A stretch of DNA of 61,334 bases from a bacterium (GTDB lineage: Bacteria > Bacillota > Clostridia > Christensenellales > SUG1161). Shown piece after piece: positions 46,303 through 54,080 of this stretch. The position numbers and the translations under genes were made by a program. The stretch covers positions 1-61,334 of the forward strand of contig JAQXFY010000003.1 of NCBI GenBank assembly GCA_029006015.1, given 5' to 3'. Within the stretch, counting starts at the first letter, position 1. Every line of letters begins with the position of its first letter. The notes under the pieces were generated by a model. The model saw only the letters and a program-made list of their open reading frames with translations, made no database searches and had not been told where the DNA came from.

Positions 46303-46366
46303 GCCCCTCCTTTTCCCTGATAGCATGTGCGCCCGAATGGGCTGCCATGCTTCCCGAAAGCCTTAC

Positions 46367-46411
46367 TTTGACTTTCTTTGATTATTATATGCCATTCCCA
46401 CCATTTGTCAA
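46367..46411 (-). promoter_or_regulatory. ctsR operon promoter with an overlapping CtsR operator
   Basis: Minus strand TTGACA (46406-46411), 16 nt spacer, TATAAT (46384-46389). This is immediately followed by AATCAAAGAAAGTCAAAG (46367-46383), a direct heptad repeat matching the CtsR box (A/G)GTCAAAnAn(A/G)GTCAAA. Confidence 0.8.
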
Positions 46412-46740
46412 CCCCTGATCCATGGCCATTTATGAACTTTTTGTAACCGGCCCGGCCGGATGGGGCTTCCCCGCAGCCCCCGGCGCACAGGCCGCCCACC
46501 GCCCCCTGTCGATAGCCTGTCCCCCGGCGCACCGGCTTGTATAACGGGGCAGCGTAGTTGCAAAGCCCAAAAGGCGCGCCCGGTTGGGTGAAAGCAGCCT
46601 TGCCATACGCCTTTTCCACATGCCAGATGGGCCAGTGGGAGGCGTTTCTGCCTGCTTGGTTCTAACGGCGCCGCCTTTGCATACGCTATACAGGAATAAC
46701 GGCCTGCATGGTTTCTTTTGCCCATGCCGGTGGGCAGCGC

Positions 46741-46770
46741 GCATATCACCATGCGTTTGCGGCATACAAT
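46741..46770 (+). promoter_or_regulatory. Mother-cell (SigE/SigK-type) promoter-like site
   Basis: GCATATC (46741-46747), 15 nt spacer, CATACAAT (46763-46770), about 35 nt upstream of ATG 46805. Confidence 0.4.
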
Positions 46771-46804
46771 GCCTTGCTGATAGCGATAAAGGGGGAAGCG
46801 CAAC

Positions 46805-48376
46805 ATGGCGTTTAATGAAAGGAACGAAGTTTTTCTGTCCAACGGGCGTACCCTGCGCGCCGTAGATACCGCGCGCATCGAAGGGGAGGTTGCCCTGCCT
46901 GCCGAAGGCGTCAGCCGCGTGCTGACGGTGCGCGCGTGGCTGACCTGCCAGCGCGTCGAAGTGCTGGATGGCCAGGCCCAGCTGGGCGGCACCGCCTATT
47001 TTTGCATGATCTATATGGGCAGCGATAACCAGCCGCATGCCCTCAACACCGCCTGCGCCTGGCAGCGCACGCTGGATATCGAGGGTCTGTCCCCGCACAT
47101 GGCCGCCACGGCCGGCGCAGCCGCATACGAAGCGGCTGCCAGCGTGGAATCGGGCACCGTTCAACTATCCGCCATTGCCGAGATAACGCTGACGGCCTGC
47201 CAGCAAAACGATACCGCCATCTGCCGGGAGCTGGGCTTTAGGCCCGATATCGAGGGGCAGCCTGCCGGCGATCAGCTGCAAGTGCAAACACAGATGCTGG
47301 ATACACGCTATACCGCGGCGCGGGGCAGCGCAGTCAGCACGCTGACCGGGGATTGCATGCTGCCCGCCCGTATGCCCGATGGGCAAACGGTGCTGGATGT
47401 GCAGTGTACCGCCCAGGTGCAGGAAGCCCACGCCACCGCCGGGCGCGCCTTTGTGCGCGGCGAGTGCCAGGTTTGGCTGACCTATGTATGCACCCAGGGC
47501 GAGCTCAACACTGCGCCGCTGACCCAACCCTTTGAATGCACGGTGGAGCTTAGCCGAAGCGAAATGGATTTTGACCATGCCATCACCCAGGCTACGGTAG
47601 CCGTCGAACAGGCGGCCGCCGCCCTGATGCCCGATGCCGAAGGCGCCAGGCGTGTGGTACAGCTGACGCTGACGCTGGGAACCAACGTCACCTGTACGCT
47701 GGAGGCGGCCTGCAGCGCCGTAACCGATGCCTTTATCCCGGGCTGGGAGGTATCCCTCGACCATGCCGATCTGACGCTGGCCGGCGTGCCGATGACGGCG
47801 TCCACCTCCGAAACCCTGCGCGCACCGCTGACCCCTCCCGAAGGGCTGCCGGCCATCGGGCGCATCGTATCCTCCTTTGCCACGCCCGCCACCGTGCAGG
47901 CCCAGGCCATGGATGGCAGCGTCATGGTGGATTATGCCGTTGAATGCCGGCTGATCTACCTGTCCTCCGGCGAAAACCCGGCGCTGTATGGGTTTAGCCA
48001 AATGGTTCCCTCCAGTGCGCAGATCGCATGCACGGGTGCAAAGGAAGGCGATGACGTATCCGCCATCGTATGCGCGGGCGAAAGCGCCGCCGTGGTGGTA
48101 TCCGATTTTGAAGCCGAAATCCGCATTCCCATCACCATCGATATCGAGGTGCAGCCCACCAGCCGAATCAGCGTTGTCACCGGTGCCTCATTGGGCGAAC
48201 AGGTGCAGGAGGTGCAGGGGCTGCTGATGATGATTTGTGTGCTGCCGGGGGATACGCTGTGGTCCATCTGCAAGCGTTACGGCGTCAGCCCCGAAACCAT
48301 TCAGCGCCTTAACCCCGCCCTCGATGGCGACCCGGTGCCCGGCAGTCGGCTGATTTTGTACCGCATGCTGGCCTAA
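46805..48376 (+). CDS. DUF3794 (SPOCS) domain protein with a C-terminal LysM domain, spore-coat-assembly-like
   Basis: 523 aa. The N-terminal pattern EVALPAEGVSRVLTVRAWLTCQRVEVLDGQAQLGGTAYFCMIY repeats several times (SPOCS repeats). The C-terminus VLPGDTLWSICKRYGVSPETIQRLNP is a LysM domain. Confidence 0.8.
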   Translation: MAFNERNEVFLSNGRTLRAVDTARIEGEVALPAEGVSRVLTVRAWLTCQRVEVLDGQAQLGGTAYFCMIYMGSDNQPHALNTACAWQRTLDIEGLSPHMAATAGAAAYEAAASVESGTVQLSAIAEITLTACQQNDTAICRELGFRPDIEGQPAGDQLQVQTQMLDTRYTAARGSAVSTLTGDCMLPARMPDGQTVLDVQCTAQVQEAHATAGRAFVRGECQVWLTYVCTQGELNTAPLTQPFECTVELSRSEMDFDHAITQATVAVEQAAAALMPDAEGARRVVQLTLTLGTNVTCTLEAACSAVTDAFIPGWEVSLDHADLTLAGVPMTASTSETLRAPLTPPEGLPAIGRIVSSFATPATVQAQAMDGSVMVDYAVECRLIYLSSGENPALYGFSQMVPSSAQIACTGAKEGDDVSAIVCAGESAAVVVSDFEAEIRIPITIDIEVQPTSRISVVTGASLGEQVQEVQGLLMMICVLPGDTLWSICKRYGVSPETIQRLNPALDGDPVPGSRLILYRMLA

Positions 48377-48483
48377 AGGCCCGGCTGTAAGCTTGCCTGT
48401 GTTTTACCCGGCCTTTTGGGAATAAAGCCGGCTTTGCTGTGATTTTTATAAGCCCCATCCGCCTTGGTCCGGCCAAAGCCAAA

Positions 48484-48518
48484 ACGCCAAAGGCCCCCTG
48501 TATGGGGGCCTTTGGCGT
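48484..48518 (-). terminator. Strong hairpin, oriented as a minus-strand terminator
   Basis: 15 bp stem ACGCCAAAGGCCCCC-tgtat-GGGGGCCTTTGGCGT. The U-run (TTTTGG) follows only on the minus strand. Confidence 0.7.
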
Positions 48519-48772
48519 GAAGAGGGGTTGGATGAAAAAACGAGGCTGGTCCAATGGGCCTTACGGAAGGATTCCAACATCCGGATGCCCGGCGCCTGTG
48601 GGGTAAGCGCTCCTTGGAACACCCTTAGCATACCCCGGGAATATGAACGGGTTATGTTAAAGCCGTTAACAAATGATGAACAAGGCGCATTTGCCAATAT
48701 TTTGCTGCCCGCCACGGGGCAGCCGGTTATCCTCCGCATGGGCCGCCGGGGCAAAGCCGGCCCGATGGGCAC

Positions 48773-48829
48773 AAAAAACCGCAGCCCTCCGTTTCCCCAA
48801 AACAGGATTTAAACGGATGCAGGCTGCGG
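48773..48829 (-). terminator. Extended terminator hairpin after the DUF4846-like gene
   Basis: CCGCAGCC...GGCTGCGG with an inner CCGTTT/AAACGG stem, followed by TTTTTT on the minus strand. Confidence 0.65.
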
Positions 48830-48859
48830 CTGTTTGGCGATGCTTATTGATAGGAAGCG

Positions 48860-49819
48860 TTACGGCTGCGCCGATGGCCGGGGAACAATGGCTTCCATCC
48901 GGTATAGATGGGCGCTTTCAAAAATGGCGCCGGGCGCCTGGATGCCGGTTGCCAGATCATCCTCAAACCAGGGGCTAAGCTCCCAGCTTTCGGGGTTTTT
49001 GATAACCTGCATGGGCTGGGCGGTAGAAAAGCCCTGCGCCAGGATAAAGACGCGCTGACCGGTTGTTGGGTTTTCCGCCATATCCACGATAATGGCAGCG
49101 TGGGCAGGGTTTGCATCCCGGTAAAAAACATCGCCCACGGACATTTCCTTGACCGAAATGGAATACAGCCCCTTGGACAGCGTGGCCAGGTTGGTATACA
49201 GATAAGCCGTTGCCAGGTAAGCTTCCAGATTTTCCAGCGTGGTTTCCGCCTTTCCTCCCGGCGTCCAGATCACGCTCTGCCCGCTTACGGAAATGATCTC
49301 CCCTGCCCGCCAGCGGGAAAACTCAAACTCAAACCCGCTCAAAAACGTAAAGGAAATATCATCATACCGGCCCTGGGCATACAGGTAGAGCGCCTGCATG
49401 CGCATCAGGGCATGGGCGGCATGGAAAGAATCCCGTTTGGGCACGGCCATATCCACCACCGCATCATAATCGGCCTCGACCTTCTCATGCCCATCATAAT
49501 AGGCTGCTTTTGTCCCACTGGCTGCCAGCGCGGTTTGTTGCAAAAAGGCGCCAAAGCTGCCCTCCGGCTGGGCGATACGCACATATCCCTGTGGCACATC
49601 AAAACGTGTGGCGATGGTTGTCCCCTCGGCACGGTTAAGCGGGCCGGGCCCTTCCGGCCGTGGCGTGGTGGGCGGGGGTGGGGTGACAACATGAAGGCCG
49701 GCCGTTTCCTCCAGCGGTGGGGGCGTGGCGCGCGGGGGTGGGGTTGGCACGCTCGAACAGCCGCACAGCACAAGCAGCATGCAGGCAGCCAGCGGGGTAC
49801 TCCACGGGCGTTTTATCAT
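48860..49819 (-). CDS. Lipoprotein, DUF4846-like
   Basis: Signal peptide MIKRPWSTPLAACMLLVLCGC. AAHALMRMQALYLYAQGRYDDISFTFLSGFEF resembles the DUF4846 core. SD is GGAGGG. Confidence 0.72.
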   Translation of the reverse strand: MIKRPWSTPLAACMLLVLCGCSSVPTPPPRATPPPLEETAGLHVVTPPPPTTPRPEGPGPLNRAEGTTIATRFDVPQGYVRIAQPEGSFGAFLQQTALAASGTKAAYYDGHEKVEADYDAVVDMAVPKRDSFHAAHALMRMQALYLYAQGRYDDISFTFLSGFEFEFSRWRAGEIISVSGQSVIWTPGGKAETTLENLEAYLATAYLYTNLATLSKGLYSISVKEMSVGDVFYRDANPAHAAIIVDMAENPTTGQRVFILAQGFSTAQPMQVIKNPESWELSPWFEDDLATGIQAPGAIFESAHLYRMEAIVPRPSAQP

Positions 49820-50069
49820 GCACTTCCCTCCCTCGAAAAGCCATTATACCATACCCGGGCTTAAAATACGCACCGGCAGGCGGCCCATGGCAGGCGCCTG
49901 CATCATTTTATAAAAGCGGCCGCCCCCCTGCTACCATGCACCCTTAGCCCCGCCCCTTGCTGGCAGGGCAGCCTGCCTGCAAAATACAATCGGTATGCCG
50001 TAAGCTTCCCCTTCTTGAAAAAATGGTGTACAATACCCCCAGAAAAACGCCTTAAAGGAGGAGCAACTT

Positions 50070-52367
50070 ATGCCCAGAAACGATGCGTGGACGCTGCTTG
50101 GCCCAGGCGCGGGCGGCGCACAGTATATTCCCACCATCAGCCCCCATGATGACCAGGTGGTGCTGGAAGCCTGCGATATGACAGGCGCCTATATCACCAA
50201 GGACGGCGGCAAATCCTGGCGGGAATTCCATTTAAAGGGCCGCACCACCTATTATGCTTTTGATCCCGTCACCCCGGGCGTCATTTACGCCTGCGCCAAC
50301 GGGCTTTATAAAAGCACCGATAATGGCGAGATGTGGCAGCTCATTTACCCGGCCATGGATACCATTGTGGATGAGCTGAAGCTGGGCGACCATTCGGGTT
50401 CCACCCTGGTTTCCACCGATGCCGAGGCGCCCCATCATGTAAACGGGGTATGCGTTGATCCCGGCAATACCGACCGGCTGTTTGTTTCCGGCATGGGCCG
50501 CAACGGCTTTACGCTGTATGCCTCCTTCGATGGCGGGGCCAGCTTTGCCCCCCTGTGCCAGCTGCCCGGTAAAACCACCTATAAGCTGATGGCGGTAGAG
50601 GGCGGCTGCCTGCATATCGGCGATAGCGGCGTGAATTTTATCTGCGATGACGGCTGCATCCATCCCATCGAGGCTCCGGAGGGCGTTACCGAATACATCC
50701 AGGCCGATGGCGGTGTGGATCCCGATTCCGGGGAAGCGGTTTTGTATGTGCTGACAAACGGCTACTTTGTAGGCGAGGATTACGTCAGCGGCCTGTGGCG
50801 CGTAGCGGATGGGGAATGGATCAGCCTGCTGCCCAACGAGGGCGAGGCGCTGGATTTTGCCCCCGACCGCCTGCCGCGGTATGTGGAGGTAAGCACCTCC
50901 CCCATCGATGCCAACGTATTGTATGTGGGCACCATGGATTACCCCATTGTGCCCGCCGATTGTGCGGATGGCAGCTATGTTTCCCACTACGGCATCTTTA
51001 AATCCCTGGATGGCGGGCGTTCGTTCCGCTGGGTGCTCAAGGCAACGCTGGACCACGATGCGGATAACCGCACCCTTGGCTGGTGCGAAGCCAACTATAC
51101 CGGCGTCTGGAATTGGGTGGGGCCCAAGGGCTCCAACGCCATGGGGCTTTGCGTAGCGCCCACCAACCCGGACATCTGCTTTATGACCGATCTTTCCTCC
51201 ACCACCGCCACCTTTGACGGCGGCAAAACCTGGCAGCAGATGTATTGCGATTATCATCCCGATGGCAGCGTTTCCACCCGCGGGCTGGATGTTACCACCT
51301 GCTACGGCGTGCATTTTGACCCGCACGATGCCAACCATATCACCGCCACCTATACCGATATCGGTTTCTGGCACAGCTATGATTTTGGCAAAAGCTGGAT
51401 CCACCAGATGCACAACATCCCCGTGTGCTATGGCAACACCTGCTATTGGATGGTCTTTGATCCCGAGGTGCCCGGCCGCGCCTGGAGCGCATGGGGCGGC
51501 GCGCACGATTTGCCGCGGCCCAAGATGTACGCGCTGCACCGCCATTATAAGGCGCAGGGCGCCATCCACCGCACGGATGACGGCTTTAAAACATGGGAGT
51601 ATTCCTCCCACGGGGCGGCGCCCAACAGCGTGTTTACCCACATCGTGCTCGATCCCACCTCCCCGGCGGGCAACCGCACGCTATATGCCACGGCATATGG
51701 CAACGGCGTATATAAATCCACGGATGATGGCTATACCTGGCAGCTTAAAAACAACGGTTTAGCCGGCCAGGGCAACCTGAACGCCTGGAAGCTGTGCCTG
51801 ACGCCGGATGGCAAGCTGTACCTGGTGGTAGCGCGCGGCAAGCGGCGCGGCCAGCCGGTGGACGGCTTTATCATGGTATCGGAGGACGGTGCGGAAAGCT
51901 GGCAGCGCGTGCCGCTGCCGGATGGCATCAATTTCCCCAACGATATCGTATGCGATCCCAAGGATCCCAAGCGCCTGTACGTCAGCTGCTGGCCGCACAC
52001 CATGGATACCGCGGGCACGCAAAAAGAATACTTTGGCGGCATCTATGCCACGGATGACGGCAAAAACTGGCGCCAGATTTTTGATCCCAAAATGCATGTG
52101 TTTGCCACCGCCGTCGATCCGCGGGACAGCAACATTCTGTTTGCCACGGGCTTCGACCACGGGGTCTACCGCTCCGGTGACAGGGGCGAAACCTGGAAGC
52201 GGCTTAAGGGCTATAACTTCCATTGGGGCCACCGTCCCTTCCCCGATCCGCACCACCCCGACAAGCTGTTTGTGGCCACATTCGGCTCTTCCATCTGGTA
52301 TGGGCCCGCCATGGGGGACGACAACGCGCCGGAGGATATTGTGCGCATCCCCAACACATGGGAATAA
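50070..52367 (+). CDS. BNR/Asp-box repeat beta-propeller protein (GH74/sortilin-like double propeller), no signal peptide
   Basis: At least 10 Asp-box motifs (SxDxGxxW): TKDGGKSW, STDNGEMW, SFDGGASF, SLDGGRSF, TFDGGKTW, SYDFGKSW, RTDDGFKTW, STDDGYTW, SEDGAESW, TDDGKNW, SGDRGETW. SD is AAAGGAGG. Confidence 0.85.
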   Translation: MPRNDAWTLLGPGAGGAQYIPTISPHDDQVVLEACDMTGAYITKDGGKSWREFHLKGRTTYYAFDPVTPGVIYACANGLYKSTDNGEMWQLIYPAMDTIVDELKLGDHSGSTLVSTDAEAPHHVNGVCVDPGNTDRLFVSGMGRNGFTLYASFDGGASFAPLCQLPGKTTYKLMAVEGGCLHIGDSGVNFICDDGCIHPIEAPEGVTEYIQADGGVDPDSGEAVLYVLTNGYFVGEDYVSGLWRVADGEWISLLPNEGEALDFAPDRLPRYVEVSTSPIDANVLYVGTMDYPIVPADCADGSYVSHYGIFKSLDGGRSFRWVLKATLDHDADNRTLGWCEANYTGVWNWVGPKGSNAMGLCVAPTNPDICFMTDLSSTTATFDGGKTWQQMYCDYHPDGSVSTRGLDVTTCYGVHFDPHDANHITATYTDIGFWHSYDFGKSWIHQMHNIPVCYGNTCYWMVFDPEVPGRAWSAWGGAHDLPRPKMYALHRHYKAQGAIHRTDDGFKTWEYSSHGAAPNSVFTHIVLDPTSPAGNRTLYATAYGNGVYKSTDDGYTWQLKNNGLAGQGNLNAWKLCLTPDGKLYLVVARGKRRGQPVDGFIMVSEDGAESWQRVPLPDGINFPNDIVCDPKDPKRLYVSCWPHTMDTAGTQKEYFGGIYATDDGKNWRQIFDPKMHVFATAVDPRDSNILFATGFDHGVYRSGDRGETWKRLKGYNFHWGHRPFPDPHHPDKLFVATFGSSIWYGPAMGDDNAPEDIVRIPNTWE

Positions 52368-52492
52368 TTGCCACAGCCGGGCCGCCAAGGCGCCGGCCGG
52401 CATGGATACAAACAAGCGCATACCACGCATAAAAATGGCCCCGGCTTACCGCCGGGGCCATTTTATGTGCCCAAAGGGCCTGTCTGCCGGTT

Positions 52493-53155
52493 TTATTTGC
52501 CGGCCGCCCTCAACGCCGCCTGAAACTCTGCAATAAAATCATCCACCTTTTTGCCATCGTTTTCCCTGCACAACTGGGAACCGGCATAGGTTTTAAGGCG
52601 ATTTCCGGCAATTTCATACCAGCCTTCCTCAAATAAAAAAGAACGGTACTGATCCGGCCCATGCGGCTGTGCAAACACAAGGTAGCTTTTATTCTGTTTA
52701 ACCTTGGGCTCAAAAACAAATCCCAGATACGCATCGTCCACATCCCCGCTGACGCCGTTTTGCACCCAGGTAAACTCATACCCCACCTCTACATCACCAT
52801 AAATAACCTGCGTTACCTTGGCGGGCGTATAAGTATACAAACGATACATTTCCTTTCCCCCGCGCTTGCGGGCTTCCACCTCGTCCGCCGGGGGAACCGG
52901 CACCGCCACCGTCCGGGGCTTACCGGTCATCTGTACCCTGGCAGCAAAATCTTTACCCTCATGCCACAAGGAAACAATTTTATCCAGGCTTTCGAAGGAA
53001 AAATAATCCAGATGGCTGCTATACAAAAGGCAATCCTCCGGCAACGGCTGGCCGTCCTCCGTCAGGATGGGTTGGGTATCTTTCCCACAGGCCGTTAACA
53101 GGCAGGCGCCCAGCAGCAACACGGCGGCCAGCGCAAATATACAGGTGCGTTTCAT
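52493..53155 (-). CDS. Lipoprotein of unknown function (paralog of 9352-10026)
   Basis: Signal peptide MKRTCIFALAAVLLLGACLLTAC. Motifs shared with the other copy: TEDGQPLPED, MTGKPRTVAV, YRLYTY, GYEFTWVQ, KQNKSYLVFAQPH, GWYEIAGN. SD is AGGAGG. Confidence 0.85.
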   Translation of the reverse strand: MKRTCIFALAAVLLLGACLLTACGKDTQPILTEDGQPLPEDCLLYSSHLDYFSFESLDKIVSLWHEGKDFAARVQMTGKPRTVAVPVPPADEVEARKRGGKEMYRLYTYTPAKVTQVIYGDVEVGYEFTWVQNGVSGDVDDAYLGFVFEPKVKQNKSYLVFAQPHGPDQYRSFLFEEGWYEIAGNRLKTYAGSQLCRENDGKKVDDFIAEFQAALRAAGK

Positions 53156-53191
53156 AAGGCTTCCTCCTAAACAATAATGGGGTTGCTGGCA

Positions 53192-53611
53192 TCAGTAGGG
53201 CGCCGGCTGCAGCGGAAAAGGATACTGGTTTGCGCTGTACATTACCGAGATATCCGTCCGATCATGGCTGGTAGGGCCAACCAGCGTGGAAAGTCCCTGA
53301 TGCATAACCGTTGGGCTTTCGGAATAAAGCGAATCGTCCATCCCCAAAACATGCCCCAGCTCATGGGCCAGGGTTTTGCAGATTTGGTAATCATTTTATG
53401 GCCATTATGCGCAAACGGGGGGATATTTTCCCCTTCCTGTATGGTAAATGCTATTCCCGCTCGCTCAATCTATACAAAGGTTAACATCCATCCAGCTTTT
53501 TGTCAATACTGCGCCATATATTTTTTTGAAACAGCAAAAAGCCGGCCAATATCACCCCAAAACAGCCGTCCAAACAAGGCTGCTATGTGGCCAATACCTG
53601 CAGCAGGCATG
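53192..53611 (-). pseudogene. Decayed snapalysin-like mini-metzincin (about 139 codons)
   Basis: Hand translation of the minus strand. ATG 53609-53611 (G-run SD 9 nt upstream) gives MPAAGIGHIA.... A frame switch is needed between 53552 and 53586. In-frame stops are TGA 53503-53505 and TAG 53470-53472. A -1 shift lies in the A-run at 53395-53398. After that the frame is intact: NDYQICKTLAHELGHVLGMDDSLYSESPTVMHQGLSTLVGPTSHDRTDISVMYSANQYPFPLQPAPY, ending at stop 53192-53194. The HExxHxxGxxD motif is at 53333-53365. Confidence 0.7.
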
Positions 53612-53633
53612 CACGATAACCCCCCAAACAAGA

Positions 53634-53660
53634 AAAAAGCCTTGAAGCCAAGGCTTTTAT
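53634..53660 (-). terminator. Intrinsic terminator
   Basis: AAAAGCCTTG-aagc-CAAGGCTTTT, followed by TTTTTTC on the minus strand. Confidence 0.7.
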
Positions 53661-53840
53661 GTATAAAGGCTATAAAAAGATAGCTTTGCGTTTTAGGCGG
53701 GCGGATTCAAGCCCGCGCATCCCGCAAAAGTTAGCAGCGACAGCGAGCCGTCACAAGGGCATTTTGGGCCGAGCAGCTCAGCCGGGCGTGCCTTTTTGCG
53801 GAAAGGAGAAGCGGCGGTGTCAGCGGCCGATGATTTTTTA

Positions 53841-53880
53841 AAAAGAAAAATCGCCGCGAACGATACATAATCCGCGGCGA
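53841..53880 (-). terminator. Intrinsic terminator directly after tRNA-Ala
   Basis: TCGCCGCG-(14 nt)-CGCGGCGA, followed by TTTTTCTTTT on the minus strand. Confidence 0.7.
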
Positions 53881-53882
53881 CG

Positions 53883-53958
53883 TGGTGGAGCATACCGGAT
53901 TCGAACCGGTGACCTCAACGATGCGAACGTTGCGCGCTACCAACTGTGCTAATGCCCC
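53883..53958 (-). tRNA. tRNA-Ala (anticodon CGC)
   Basis: The reverse complement reads GGGGCATTAGCACAGTTGGTAGCGCGCAACGTTCGCATCGTTGAGGTCACCGGTTCGAATCCGGTATGCTCCACCA. It has the G3:U70 identity pair, a TTCGCAT anticodon loop, and an encoded CCA. Confidence 0.92.
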
Positions 53959-54030
53959 ATACCGATATTTTGTTTGGCTGCCCACCGCGAAAAGCACCCT
54001 GCCAGCGCCATTCCCCGTGCAGCAGGATGT

Positions 54031-54070
54031 ATTATAACAAAAGCCCGCCCCCTTTGCAAGGGGGGCAGGC
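54031..54070 (-). promoter_or_regulatory. tRNA-Ala promoter overlapping the terminator hairpin of the upstream carboxypeptidase gene
   Basis: Minus strand TTGCAA (54054-54059), 17 nt spacer, TATAAT (54031-54036). The GC-rich hairpin GCCCGCCCCC...GGGGGGCAGGC (54043-54070) is followed by TTTTGTT. Confidence 0.55.
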
Positions 54071-54080
54071 CATATCTTTG

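Noticed and set aside
46284-46619. 111-aa minus-strand ORF upstream of ctsR
   Set aside because: It reads straight through the ctsR -35/-10 boxes, CtsR operator and SD. It is Gly/Cys-rich with no SD of its own.
48528-48812. 94-aa plus-strand ORF between the convergent DUF3794 and DUF4846 genes
   Set aside because: It has a weak SD, uses many codons rare in this genome (AGG, CGG, TTA, ATA), crosses a terminator hairpin, and has no family resemblance. It is kept only as part of the candidate-sRNA finding.
53177-53683. 168-aa plus-strand ORF filling the spacer upstream of lipoprotein gene 2
   Set aside because: It has no SD and a nonsensical sequence. The minus strand carries the HELGHVLGMDD metzincin remnant, which explains the region better.
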